From positions 17,459 through 81,458 of the forward strand of contig JAFGAL010000013.1 in assembly GCA_016933695.1 (NCBI GenBank): a DNA stretch of 64,000 bases, in the 5' to 3' direction. Source of the stretch: Candidatus Zixiibacteriota bacterium. GTDB taxonomy: Bacteria > Zixibacteria > MSB-5A5 > GN15 > PGXB01. Both the position numbers and the translations under genes were made by a program. Positions 46,493 to 56,500 of the stretch are shown piece by piece; positions within the stretch are counted from its first letter, which is position 1, and every line of letters begins with the position of its first letter. The notes under the pieces were generated by a model. It saw only the letters and a program-made list of their open reading frames with translations. It was not told the DNA's origin and did not search any database.

Positions 46493-47407
46493 TTAAAAGT
46501 GATAGGTAAATCTCACGATCGGCATCTCCTCCGTCGCGGAATATTTCTTCATTTCGGTTCGGACCGACAGCCAGCTTTCCTCGCTGTTGCGCTTGTTAAA
46601 TCGATTCGCCGCCAGCGCCGCATCGAAAGCCGAAATCAGATGGTTGGCCATCGCCACCAGTATGAAATTATTGGCCGCATCGAGTTTGTCGTTGGCCTTG
46701 CCGCGCAAATCATTGTACTTGACACGATTGGGGGTGTTTACCACCGATCCGATAAATAGAATGCCGTTTTCATCAAAGAACTCCGCATTCACCGTCCAGT
46801 AATCATCCCAGCCGCCGACGAACTGACTGTACTTGCCGATCATTTCATAATACTGCTGATTCCGTCCTTCCGGCAATGATTCGGTGGTGGGGACGCCGCT
46901 ATTCTCCGTATTTATCATCGTATAATACCAATCCCAGTAATTGGGATCATCAAGATCGATACTGTAGTCGAGTGAATCGGCACGATCCCCCTCGATCCAG
47001 TGCAAATCGGCAAACGCTTCGTATTCATCGGTAAGATCGTTGCCCTTATTGTGATAGGATATATACCCGACCCAGGAACCAACTTCGAGTCCCAGCATGA
47101 CCAACGGTTTCCAGATACTGGATTTGGTGTACATCTGTCCCCAGCCCGGTACCACCAGCGAATACAAAAAGGCCTTCTTGGGTGATTTGTACTCATAATC
47201 GAAAATGCCGCCGTCGTCGAACTCGGTGGCAAATTCATCATAATCTTCATCCACGGTAAATTGCGAACCTATCATATCGGCGCCGCCCGTCTTCAGCGAT
47301 TGAATCTCAAGCTCCAGTTTACTATCCGGCAAATCGAGACCGAACGACATTCCCCAACCCATGCATACGAGTATGAACGTCAGAATACCAGCTTTCTTCA
47401 TTGCCAT
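46493..47407 (-). CDS. secreted/outer-membrane protein of unknown function (paralog B, DUF5683-like PGxGxxY motif)
   Basis: 304 aa with a signal peptide, the motif AFLYSLVVPGWGQMYT and a C-terminus RFTYHF. Confidence 0.65.
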   Translation of the reverse strand: MAMKKAGILTFILVCMGWGMSFGLDLPDSKLELEIQSLKTGGADMIGSQFTVDEDYDEFATEFDDGGIFDYEYKSPKKAFLYSLVVPGWGQMYTKSSIWKPLVMLGLEVGSWVGYISYHNKGNDLTDEYEAFADLHWIEGDRADSLDYSIDLDDPNYWDWYYTMINTENSGVPTTESLPEGRNQQYYEMIGKYSQFVGGWDDYWTVNAEFFDENGILFIGSVVNTPNRVKYNDLRGKANDKLDAANNFILVAMANHLISAFDAALAANRFNKRNSEESWLSVRTEMKKYSATEEMPIVRFTYHF

Positions 47408-47417
47408 CCATCCTTTC

Positions 47418-50400
47418 TTACTTCACGATTGCAATATCAGTAAAAGCCGCGCTGGTGGCGCCGTTAAAATCCGCTTTCACCTTACAACGATATACCCCGG
47501 TCGGAAGAAACGCGAGCGACAACTGCTCCTCGTTAGTTCCGGCCTGGCCGTAGAAAATGTCTTCATATACCAAGACGCCCGTAAGGTCGTAAACATGCAA
47601 TGACATGCGGGCATTATCACCGATATAGTATCTCAGGGTTGTGACACCGTCGAGTGACGGATTGGGGTAACAGAACAACCGCTCTTGCGGTAAAGCCGCA
47701 CTTGTCGCCGGTGTCTCACCCGCCGTCGCGTTATCGTAATAGAATCCGCCCGAGGCATCACCGCCGCTCATGGCCCAGTCGGCCCGCGAAGAATCGAACC
47801 AGATGTCGTACGAATACAGCCATCCGTCCGCCCCCACAAACGCCAGTCCGCCGCCAGTTTGCTTCTCATATACCACCGGCGATCCCACCCCGAACACTCC
47901 GGCATACACGAATTCGCCGCCGCCAAAGCCGTCATACGTCAGGATCGAGTCGGTTCGAACGCCACCCGATGACACCGGAAAACCATACCTGAGTTCGGGA
48001 CCGAACGCATAGCAGTTTCCCTCAGTGGTAATCACCACAATATCCTGTTGCCCGTCATTGTCGATATCTGCCACGACCGGTGCCGAAGCCGCCATTGCCG
48101 CCGGATAGGCGCGATCGATCGTGATCGGGAAATCCGTCAGCAGGACCAGGTTTTTATCCAGCGCATAAATGCGGTTTTGTCCCGCCACGATAATGTCGGG
48201 ATACCCGTCGTCATCATAATCCGCCAGGACGGGATTGACACTGATAACATCCTGCAGATCAGTTTGCACTGCCGTAAACGACGGTGTCACAGTCGACGTA
48301 TCGATCGATACGACTTTTATCATGCCGTCATCAGTCGCCATCACCACTTCCGGTGTGCCGTCACGATCCAGATCGCCGGCCACCGGTCCCTGAATATACT
48401 CACCCTCCAGATCGAATGAGGTTGTATCTCCTGACGATGAGATAAAAAACAGCCGCGTCGTGGATGCATCACCGGCAATCACGGCATAATGGTCACCGAG
48501 CACGACCGCACCGTAAAGTAATGGATTGTGCCGAATTGTCGGAAAAACCGTGGCGCGCGCCCCCAGATGATTATACGTGGTCAGGCGAATCTCCACATCG
48601 CCGCCAAGCACCGGCCGGACGCTGAGGGCACTGAGAATCGAATCCTGAAACGCCATCCAGACAATCTGATTGCCCAATGGCAACGCGACCGGTTCAAACA
48701 GATTATCGGGCTGGCCGTCATTTGGATCATCATCGGCAATTTCATATACATACAGTGTGTTCTTCACCCCGACCGCGATGTACTGATCGCCGCTTCCGAG
48801 ACCGAAGTCACCCACGACAATGTCGGCGGTGATGTCATCCTCGAAATGCGCGAACACCGGGAGGACATGCGGAAGCGAGCCGGTCGACGAATATGCCGTA
48901 TCGTAATATGGTGAGGCAACCGACCAGTAATCAACCCCGGTTTCACTGGTCACCAGCACATTGGTATTAAGGCCCAAAACCAACTCGGTAATGTTGTCGC
49001 CGCTAATATCAACCGCATGCAGAGAAAACGGAATGGACGGATACCCCACCCGCCGGGGGAATCCGGACGACCGAAAATCCTGCCCGATTGAAAAGGTCAT
49101 AATCGTATCGGATGCCGAGATATCGGTGATATATATATCGCTGTTGGCACCGGCAAACGTCATCGATGGCGGATTGCTGTTCGGTGTCAATGCCGTATTG
49201 TTGCCTGCATAGTACAAATCTTCCGGCACCCCGATATACCCGGGGACGTAATACCCGCGCCCGAATTGCTGAAGGCCGTCGGCTTCGACCAGTTCCAGAA
49301 ACGGACGGTCGACCAGGACCTGCATCATGTTGGCATCATACCGGGTGAGAATTGTAGTGTCGCTGACCACCGAGTCCGGTTCGTCTTCCACCGGAGCATT
49401 GATGGTGAAATTGCTGACGATCATGATCTCATCGGATGCGACGCTTTCGTTGACATGCCAGATCAAAATACCGGAACCCGGCATCAACACGTCGTATTCT
49501 CCCGTCAGCACCAGGCTGGTATCGCCGGAAATCGGATCGACAACCGGCTTGCCCGGGCCCATGATAACCGTCGTAACGCTATCCGCAATCGGATAGGTCG
49601 AATCGCCATCGATATCGATTTGACGGTTCTCCAACAAATAGTACTCCTGCTCGGAAATCGGGATTTTTACCACTTCCAGCCCCGTGTTTACCATTTCCGC
49701 CGCGACGAGTTCCAGCGAAACTCCCTGATAAAACACAACCGGTTCCACGAATCCCAGAAACGCCCGTGACCAGGCCGTCGGGTACACCGGGAACATATCG
49801 GACACCGGCCCCGCCGGCATTTCGAGATCGACCACCGTCCCGCGCCCCATGTTATCCATCAGCGCGAAATCCCCCACCCGCGTGATAAACGGCAAGGTTC
49901 CGGTATTGTATAAATCGATCAGACCCAGTTGATGGCCGAATTCATGGGCAACCGTGGCATTCAGTGCCACCACGCGGCCGTCCTGGCTTCCCGTCTCCGG
50001 CATGATTAAAGCCTCACGGACCTGATAGGTGCTGTCGTCGACATACACCGGTTCCCCCATAACAATAAACCCGGCGTACAAATCATGCGGCGTCGATCCC
50101 GGAAACCCCTCGGGAATCACGTCGTCCTGCCGATCCGAGCCGGCATGGAATATGAAATATGAATCGTAATCCGCGAACGTGATTTCCGGTTCGGTCGTGT
50201 CGACCAGTGTCATACAGTCGATATACATCTCGGCGATACCGAATTCGGGGCGACGTTCACCGTAATGGGTCATGGTCTGCGGCAGATGGTACACCGAGTC
50301 GCTTTCGGTCGGATACACGATATATTCCAGCACCAATGTGCTTTCCGAAACTGCCAGGTAATAATTGGCAAGCGCTTCGAGATGTTTTTCGAAATACTCC

Positions 50401-50795
50401 CGGTTACGCGGAGCGGGATCGATAAAATGCCCCTCTTCCTCGTAAAAGGTATCGAAATCCCGGAAATCGAACTTGCCGTTGCCGGTGGTCAACGGATCGT
50501 CATCCTCGATAAAATCGAATCGCATCGCCAGAATCCGCAACGTGCGCGGCTCCGCCGCCGACACCAGCCCGCGGTCGGGCAGTCGCCACGGTTTGTCGCG
50601 ATCCAGCCCCAGCAGGTTGCGTGTTGACGGACGATTCAGCATCGCCATCGGATTCGGTTGGCGTTCGATATCCATTACCGGGCTACTCTGTCGCCTGCTC
50701 ATTGGCAATAGTTTATATCCGTCGGCAGACCAAGCCGGCTGTTCCATTATCAGGACACCGACCAGAAAAGACAATAAGTACAATATTCTCTTCAA
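47418..50795 (-). CDS. M6 (immune inhibitor A-like) metallopeptidase with FG-GAP/VCBS repeats and T9SS C-terminal sorting domain
   Basis: TTG start preceded by GAGGA. It has an HExxH site in TVAHEFGHQLGLIDLY and Asp-rich repeats DLDRDGTPEVV, DYDDDGYPDIIV and DIDNDGQQDIVV. The last ~85 aa (CYPNPSLDGVTTLRYY...GVYRCKV) match the T9SS CTD pattern. Confidence 0.85.
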   Translation of the reverse strand: MKRILYLLSFLVGVLIMEQPAWSADGYKLLPMSRRQSSPVMDIERQPNPMAMLNRPSTRNLLGLDRDKPWRLPDRGLVSAAEPRTLRILAMRFDFIEDDDPLTTGNGKFDFRDFDTFYEEEGHFIDPAPRNREYFEKHLEALANYYLAVSESTLVLEYIVYPTESDSVYHLPQTMTHYGERRPEFGIAEMYIDCMTLVDTTEPEITFADYDSYFIFHAGSDRQDDVIPEGFPGSTPHDLYAGFIVMGEPVYVDDSTYQVREALIMPETGSQDGRVVALNATVAHEFGHQLGLIDLYNTGTLPFITRVGDFALMDNMGRGTVVDLEMPAGPVSDMFPVYPTAWSRAFLGFVEPVVFYQGVSLELVAAEMVNTGLEVVKIPISEQEYYLLENRQIDIDGDSTYPIADSVTTVIMGPGKPVVDPISGDTSLVLTGEYDVLMPGSGILIWHVNESVASDEIMIVSNFTINAPVEDEPDSVVSDTTILTRYDANMMQVLVDRPFLELVEADGLQQFGRGYYVPGYIGVPEDLYYAGNNTALTPNSNPPSMTFAGANSDIYITDISASDTIMTFSIGQDFRSSGFPRRVGYPSIPFSLHAVDISGDNITELVLGLNTNVLVTSETGVDYWSVASPYYDTAYSSTGSLPHVLPVFAHFEDDITADIVVGDFGLGSGDQYIAVGVKNTLYVYEIADDDPNDGQPDNLFEPVALPLGNQIVWMAFQDSILSALSVRPVLGGDVEIRLTTYNHLGARATVFPTIRHNPLLYGAVVLGDHYAVIAGDASTTRLFFISSSGDTTSFDLEGEYIQGPVAGDLDRDGTPEVVMATDDGMIKVVSIDTSTVTPSFTAVQTDLQDVISVNPVLADYDDDGYPDIIVAGQNRIYALDKNLVLLTDFPITIDRAYPAAMAASAPVVADIDNDGQQDIVVITTEGNCYAFGPELRYGFPVSSGGVRTDSILTYDGFGGGEFVYAGVFGVGSPVVYEKQTGGGLAFVGADGWLYSYDIWFDSSRADWAMSGGDASGGFYYDNATAGETPATSAALPQERLFCYPNPSLDGVTTLRYYIGDNARMSLHVYDLTGVLVYEDIFYGQAGTNEEQLSLAFLPTGVYRCKVKADFNGATSAAFTDIAIVK

Positions 50796-50814
50796 AAGGC
50801 TATTTCCTCATCAT

Positions 50815-53520
50815 TTAGAACTTCGCCGACAGCGACAACCGCATGGTATTGGCCAGCGGGACATCGTCACTCGACGGAATATACGCGAAGTCGAATTTAA
50901 ACAGCCGGTACATCAGTCCGAATCCCAGCGTCGGCGTCTTCACTTCGCCTTCCTCGTCGTACACGTACCCGCCGCGGAATGCGATAAATGAACCATACTG
51001 ATACTCGGCACCGGCATTATAGATGATTTCCTTGACCTCCTCGGAGAAGGAATCATCGAAACCAACCAATGACTTATTCATTTCCGCCGTCACCAACAGT
51101 TTGTTGTATTCCGACTTGATCAGATACGTGGCCAAACCGATGGCAAGATTGCGCGGCAACGGGTCGGCCTGAGCGACATCGATATAAGCCACATCCGGAC
51201 CGAGATTGGTCACCGCCATGCCGAGTGTCCAGCGCGGATGAAACTTGTACAGAAGACCGACATCGAGAGCGAGTCCGGTCGAGGTGCCGCTTCCCTGTTC
51301 GGAACCGGTGCCGATCGATGATAGATGTGAATAGATGACCTTGGCGGAAATACCGCCGCTCAGGTTTGCCGTCAACGGCGTGCCGTACGACAGCGTCAGT
51401 GCGATATCGAAGGCGTTAAAATCACCCAGCGACGTTCCCGTGGCATCGGTGCGTTCGATTTTTCCATAAGACAGAAACGTGATATTCCCGCCGACCGTTC
51501 CCCATTCGGGGATGTTCTGGACATAGGAGAAAAATTCATAATAGATATCATCCGCCAGTTCCGGCAACCAGTTGACATGCATCATGGCGATTTCTTTCTG
51601 AGCCGCCGCCCGGATTTTAATCTGGCGGATGGTGGCAAACCAGAGATTCTCGTTATTCTCCACGATAGTCCGCGTGTTACGGCGTCCCAGTCCCTCTTCG
51701 GTCATGCGCGCCCAGCGCGTATCAAAAAATATCGTGCCGCTTTCCGTCGCGAAATAAATCTTCTTCCCCGTTATGGAAATATCGTTAATCCGCGCCCCGG
51801 CGGGGTTGGTGTACATCTTGATCACCTGCCCCTTGCGCAGGATATCGTCGTCAAGTTCGTTGACGGTTTTGATGTTTTCCACGAGGCGCTCCGCCCGGGC
51901 GGCATCCCCGCGGACGAATCCCAGCGCCAGATCGTTGACCGAGATGTCCTGCTCAATCGGATAATCGCGATACCCGTACCGAGTCCAGTGCCGGCCGTTA
52001 AACCGCAACAGACCGTATTCGGTGCCGACCCAGAGAAAGCCGGACGCGTCCATTTCCATGTCGATCACATCATACGGAATCCCCGCAGTATACGGGATTC
52101 GTAACTGACGACCGATCGGAGTGCTGGCACTGTCGGCATTTTCCGTTTTCTTGTCCTCGTTTATCTGAGTGGCCTTGAAGGCTTCCATCACGCCAACCGA
52201 GTCGATCATCTTCTGTAAATCCGAAGCCGAACGACGTTCTTCGATTTTATTTGTCGCGGTGGTATCGTTCAACGCCTCATACTTGGCCAGAAAACGGTTC
52301 TTTTCGTTTTTGGTGCCGCTGATCTGAAACCGTTCGTAAATGGCATCAAGCGACTCATCGAGAACGTCATTGAATTCGAGATAGTTTTTCCAGATTGATC
52401 CGTCGAAATGATACAAGTCGTTGTCCACAACCGCCCAGACATTGTTCGCCTTGACCACCGCCACCGCTTCGACCGGCTTTGACGGCAATCCCAGGGTTTC
52501 GTCATACTTCGTGAATGCCCCGGTCGAATAAACCACCAGACCGGCATCGGTTCTCACATACAGCATCTTGTCGTACGCCCTGATCCCCAGGATTTCGGCT
52601 TCCGGCAATCCTTCATCGACACCGAAATGCTGCCAGAAATTGCCGTTGTACCGGTACAGGTTCGAATCCATCGCCACCCAGAGCATTTTCTCATCGGCGG
52701 AGATATCCGCGAGTTTCCCGATAAAATTGATATCGAAGGGGATATGCAGTTCGCCCGGCATGTACTTGCGAATTGCCTTCTGAAGCGCGAACAGGACGCG
52801 GTCCGATTCGCTTTCCAGAATCATGGAATCCTTATACGCCTCGCGGAAACGTTCTTCGGCCTGGCCGAATTCATCCCAGTTGATCATACACTTGTTGTAG
52901 GCGGCCTTCATTTCGACGAAAGTGGATTCCACCTCATTTTTCACCAGCGTGTCGGCTGAAAACGCCGGAAGGACCGTCTGCGCCAACTCCTCGATTCGCG
53001 AGAAGGGGTATTTATTGTTGGCACGTCCCATACGACTCATTAACTCTTCCAGGCGTTCCGCCGGAATATCCCCGGACAGCCCGACATACTGGCGAAGCTT
53101 CATCTCCGCCGATTCTTTGGCACCGGTTTCGATTACGGCGCCTTTGACCCACTTGCCTTCGGAATACTTGAGCAGTCCAGCGTCGGAAAGCGCCCAGATA
53201 TCATAGGTACCGTAGGTGTTTCCGCTGGCGTCACCCTTGATCAGGGCGATCTTTTTCAACGGACGATATTCCGTCGGCACCGTAATCGTTACCCATTCAT
53301 ACGACAGGGGGTATGTTCCCAATCCGGCCGGATTCCAGTGTGTTGCCGTGGCATCATCGGCAACAGCCACGAATGCCTCCCCCATACCGGCCGCGCGAGC
53401 TCCCGCGGCAATCCGCAAAAAGAGAACGGCGGCACTGGATACTCCACTGGCATGTGATGACTGTGCCCCAACAATCAGAAGTAACGTAAGGGTCATCAGA
53501 ATACTAATTGCTTTCCGCAT
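50815..53520 (-). CDS. porV: PorV/PorQ-family outer membrane protein with a large internal insertion
   Basis: GGAGG precedes the ATG. The N-terminal GARAAGMGEAFVAVADDATATHWNPAGLG and the C-terminal ~255 aa (HVNWLPEL...LSLSAKF) match the PorV/PorQ barrel. aa ~70-645 are extra and contain Reg_prop-like repeats (LWVGTEYGLLRFNGRHWTRY). Confidence 0.8.
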   Translation of the reverse strand: MRKAISILMTLTLLLIVGAQSSHASGVSSAAVLFLRIAAGARAAGMGEAFVAVADDATATHWNPAGLGTYPLSYEWVTITVPTEYRPLKKIALIKGDASGNTYGTYDIWALSDAGLLKYSEGKWVKGAVIETGAKESAEMKLRQYVGLSGDIPAERLEELMSRMGRANNKYPFSRIEELAQTVLPAFSADTLVKNEVESTFVEMKAAYNKCMINWDEFGQAEERFREAYKDSMILESESDRVLFALQKAIRKYMPGELHIPFDINFIGKLADISADEKMLWVAMDSNLYRYNGNFWQHFGVDEGLPEAEILGIRAYDKMLYVRTDAGLVVYSTGAFTKYDETLGLPSKPVEAVAVVKANNVWAVVDNDLYHFDGSIWKNYLEFNDVLDESLDAIYERFQISGTKNEKNRFLAKYEALNDTTATNKIEERRSASDLQKMIDSVGVMEAFKATQINEDKKTENADSASTPIGRQLRIPYTAGIPYDVIDMEMDASGFLWVGTEYGLLRFNGRHWTRYGYRDYPIEQDISVNDLALGFVRGDAARAERLVENIKTVNELDDDILRKGQVIKMYTNPAGARINDISITGKKIYFATESGTIFFDTRWARMTEEGLGRRNTRTIVENNENLWFATIRQIKIRAAAQKEIAMMHVNWLPELADDIYYEFFSYVQNIPEWGTVGGNITFLSYGKIERTDATGTSLGDFNAFDIALTLSYGTPLTANLSGGISAKVIYSHLSSIGTGSEQGSGTSTGLALDVGLLYKFHPRWTLGMAVTNLGPDVAYIDVAQADPLPRNLAIGLATYLIKSEYNKLLVTAEMNKSLVGFDDSFSEEVKEIIYNAGAEYQYGSFIAFRGGYVYDEEGEVKTPTLGFGLMYRLFKFDFAYIPSSDDVPLANTMRLSLSAKF

Positions 53521-53539
53521 TAAACAACCTCCACAAGGC

Positions 53540-56500
53540 TTAATTGATTACGACTACTTTACCGAAGGCCTCGACCGCATCCCTTGTGCCGCTGGACAAC
53601 GCCGACGCTTTGTAAATGTACGTCCCGGTCGCCACACGGTCGAGATCATCGTCATGTCCGTCCCAGGTATAGAACTCCTGATACCCGGACGGAACCGAAT
53701 ACCTATCATAATGTTTTATGCGTTTTCCGGACAACGTAAAAATCTCAAGGCGGAGTCGATGCGCCGGTGACGACAAATAGCAGGAAAAAGTCGTCTGATC
53801 GTGCATTGGATTCGGGTAATTCAACAGGTCGGTCATAAACAGCCGGTTCTCCGCATTGATGACGGCTCCGAATTCAACCGTTGATGAATTGTTGGCGTTG
53901 TCCCACGCCTTAATTTTAAACACATGTTGCCCCGCCGACAGATCGCCCAGCGGATACGTTATTCGTCCGCCGGTGAAACTGCCCGCATTATATTCATAAA
54001 GATCGGTCAAATTGATGATATTCTCAACCTGATTGTCAATTGTCAGCGTGAGCGCATGCCCGGCGCCGCCAGTCAGATTGATGCCGCTCGAATCAAAAAT
54101 ATCCAGGATCATCGTCTCCCCCGGCAGGAGATAATCGCCCGACATGAAATTGTCCCGCCCCGCGAAGGAATACACGATTTCCGGCCCCTCATTGTCGGTC
54201 GTAACCGTAATGGTGGTGTCGATTACCAGGGAATCCGCCAATCCCAGTGCATCGGCCGCCGTCGATTGCGCATAGGCCGAAATGCGCGCCCCCTGTCCGC
54301 CATAACCGATATCGAGCGGCGCGATAAACGTGAAACCGAAAACACCATCCGTCACGTCCGCCGATCCCCGAAAAATCCGTGGCCCCGCCAGAGCGTATTC
54401 GGTGGTGACGTTTCCCACCTCGTACGCTTTGAGCACTTCCGAGTCATACACCGTGATTTCGACCGAACCGTCGAACGCAACCGGATTGCCGTCACCACCC
54501 ACAACCTCGCCGGCCACCTGATGTTGTTGCAGTGCCGTCAGTGTGTCGGGGGCATCGGTAAACCTGATTTCATAATGTGGAGTTCCCAGATGCAATAGCG
54601 GATCGCCGAAAAAGATATACGCGCGATCGTTGCGTTCCGGCTGACGGGCCAGTTTGGCGGCGTACACCGCCTGACAAATCGTCAGGGGATCCTCGCCAAA
54701 CAGGTATTCATAAGTCATCCGGTTGAACTCGCTGTTTTCCGATGAATACACCAGACGCGTCGCCGCGACACTCGCGATGGCGCCGCCGCCGGCATATCGC
54801 ACTAATTCCTCCGCCATTCCCTCCCGTTGCGGATCATCGAAAAACCCGATCGAACACGACGCCGTGAATACCAGTGTCAAACGGTCGGTATTTTTCAACT
54901 GCGGAATATCCGATCCCTTGTTGAACACGTGCTCATGCGCCCAGGTATCGGGATTGCCATGTCCGACAAAGTTAATCACCAGCGTTCCGTCGTTGAAACT
55001 CTCGATAATAGCTTCGTTCACTTCAGGTTTCAATCCGCTGGAATTGCGATCATAATCCCACAGATAAATTTTATTCCGGAAATATCGCCGGGGCAGGTAT
55101 TCCTTTTCCAGGCGCTCGGTTTGCTGAACGTGGAACGATTCGGTCTGATACGCCCCGATTTCGTCATCGGCAACCAGTGTCACCGTCGCCCGCCACGAAC
55201 CATAATTGGTCGAGGCTTCATAATTGCGGACTTTATCCTCAATTGTCATCAACTCCGCAATCGAGCGCACCGGCCAGCGACCGATTACCATATCGAATCC
55301 GGGATACTCCAGAGGATCGCTGTCCAGATAGCCGATGGTTCCGAAATACACATAATTATCATCCGACGCCAGTGAGTCGTATGCCGTGATAAACGGCGGG
55401 ATGAAATTGCGCGCGGGCGTTCCCAGATGGTTTTGGAAATCATAAATGCCGTCGCCGACCAGCAATGCCGCCGATGGCTTCGGCGACGGGTACTGTTCGT
55501 AGGCAAACTTGAAATAATCACGAATGGCGGCAGGATCATACAACCCGTACGCAAACTCATTCATGACCTGACCAACGGAAACCAGTTTCACCTCTATGCC
55601 GCTGTGTTCCTCACGATAGGCCGCATACTCCTCGAGATAGGCGGTAAATTCGTCATGCGCAACAATCAGCAAGTCCGCGCGTTCAACCATGTTTCGCAGA
55701 TTCGCGGGCTGGTAGGACGTGATATCGATCGGCGCATATACCTTATCCGGCGATGCCAAAAAATACCGGTTGCCGGATTCCTGAAGCCGGGCACGAAATG
55801 TTATCACCCCCGAGCCGCTTTCGACACCGTCGATTAATCGCGCCGTGGCCGGGTCGGACAGGTCGATCACATAGGGATCGGAACTGAAATCATCCTCGAT
55901 CACGAATTCCGCGACACCCGCAACATCGCGAATCGCAAAGACCAGTTCATTGTAGGACGGCGCCAGATGGCCTTGATAAAAACATTCGGCATAATCGAGA
56001 TGCGGCGGGGAATCGAAAGCGTCATTGGCCGTGATGCGGAAAGCATTCAATCCCGCCTGCACATGCGTGGTCGTAAACGTCTGATCCCAGTAACCGCTGT
56101 ACGTCTGGGTTGCACTGAAACCGTTCACCAGCAAAGACATGGGATTGCCTGCTTTCAGCCGCAAATGCACTTCGGCGTTACTGCCGGCAACTGCCGTTGG
56201 AAGCGAGCCGTAAAACGTAAACGGTGAACGGGTTGTCCAGTACCAGGTATACCAGTCGCTGTTGACACTGTTATTGTCGGAATACAAGATCGAGTCTTTT
56301 TCAAAGCGGGTTTCAAACCATACCTGGCTGATCGAGGTATCGGCAGGCGCGGTTTCGGTATACGTCGCCATGCGTTTCCCACCCGTCGCAAAATCGCCGG
56401 ACACGGCCAGCCAGTAACTGTTTGCAGACGTGTAGGGATTGTTGATATAAACCGGTTCGGAATCCGCCGGATAGTGCCAGCGGTCGACGTCTTCGCCGTA

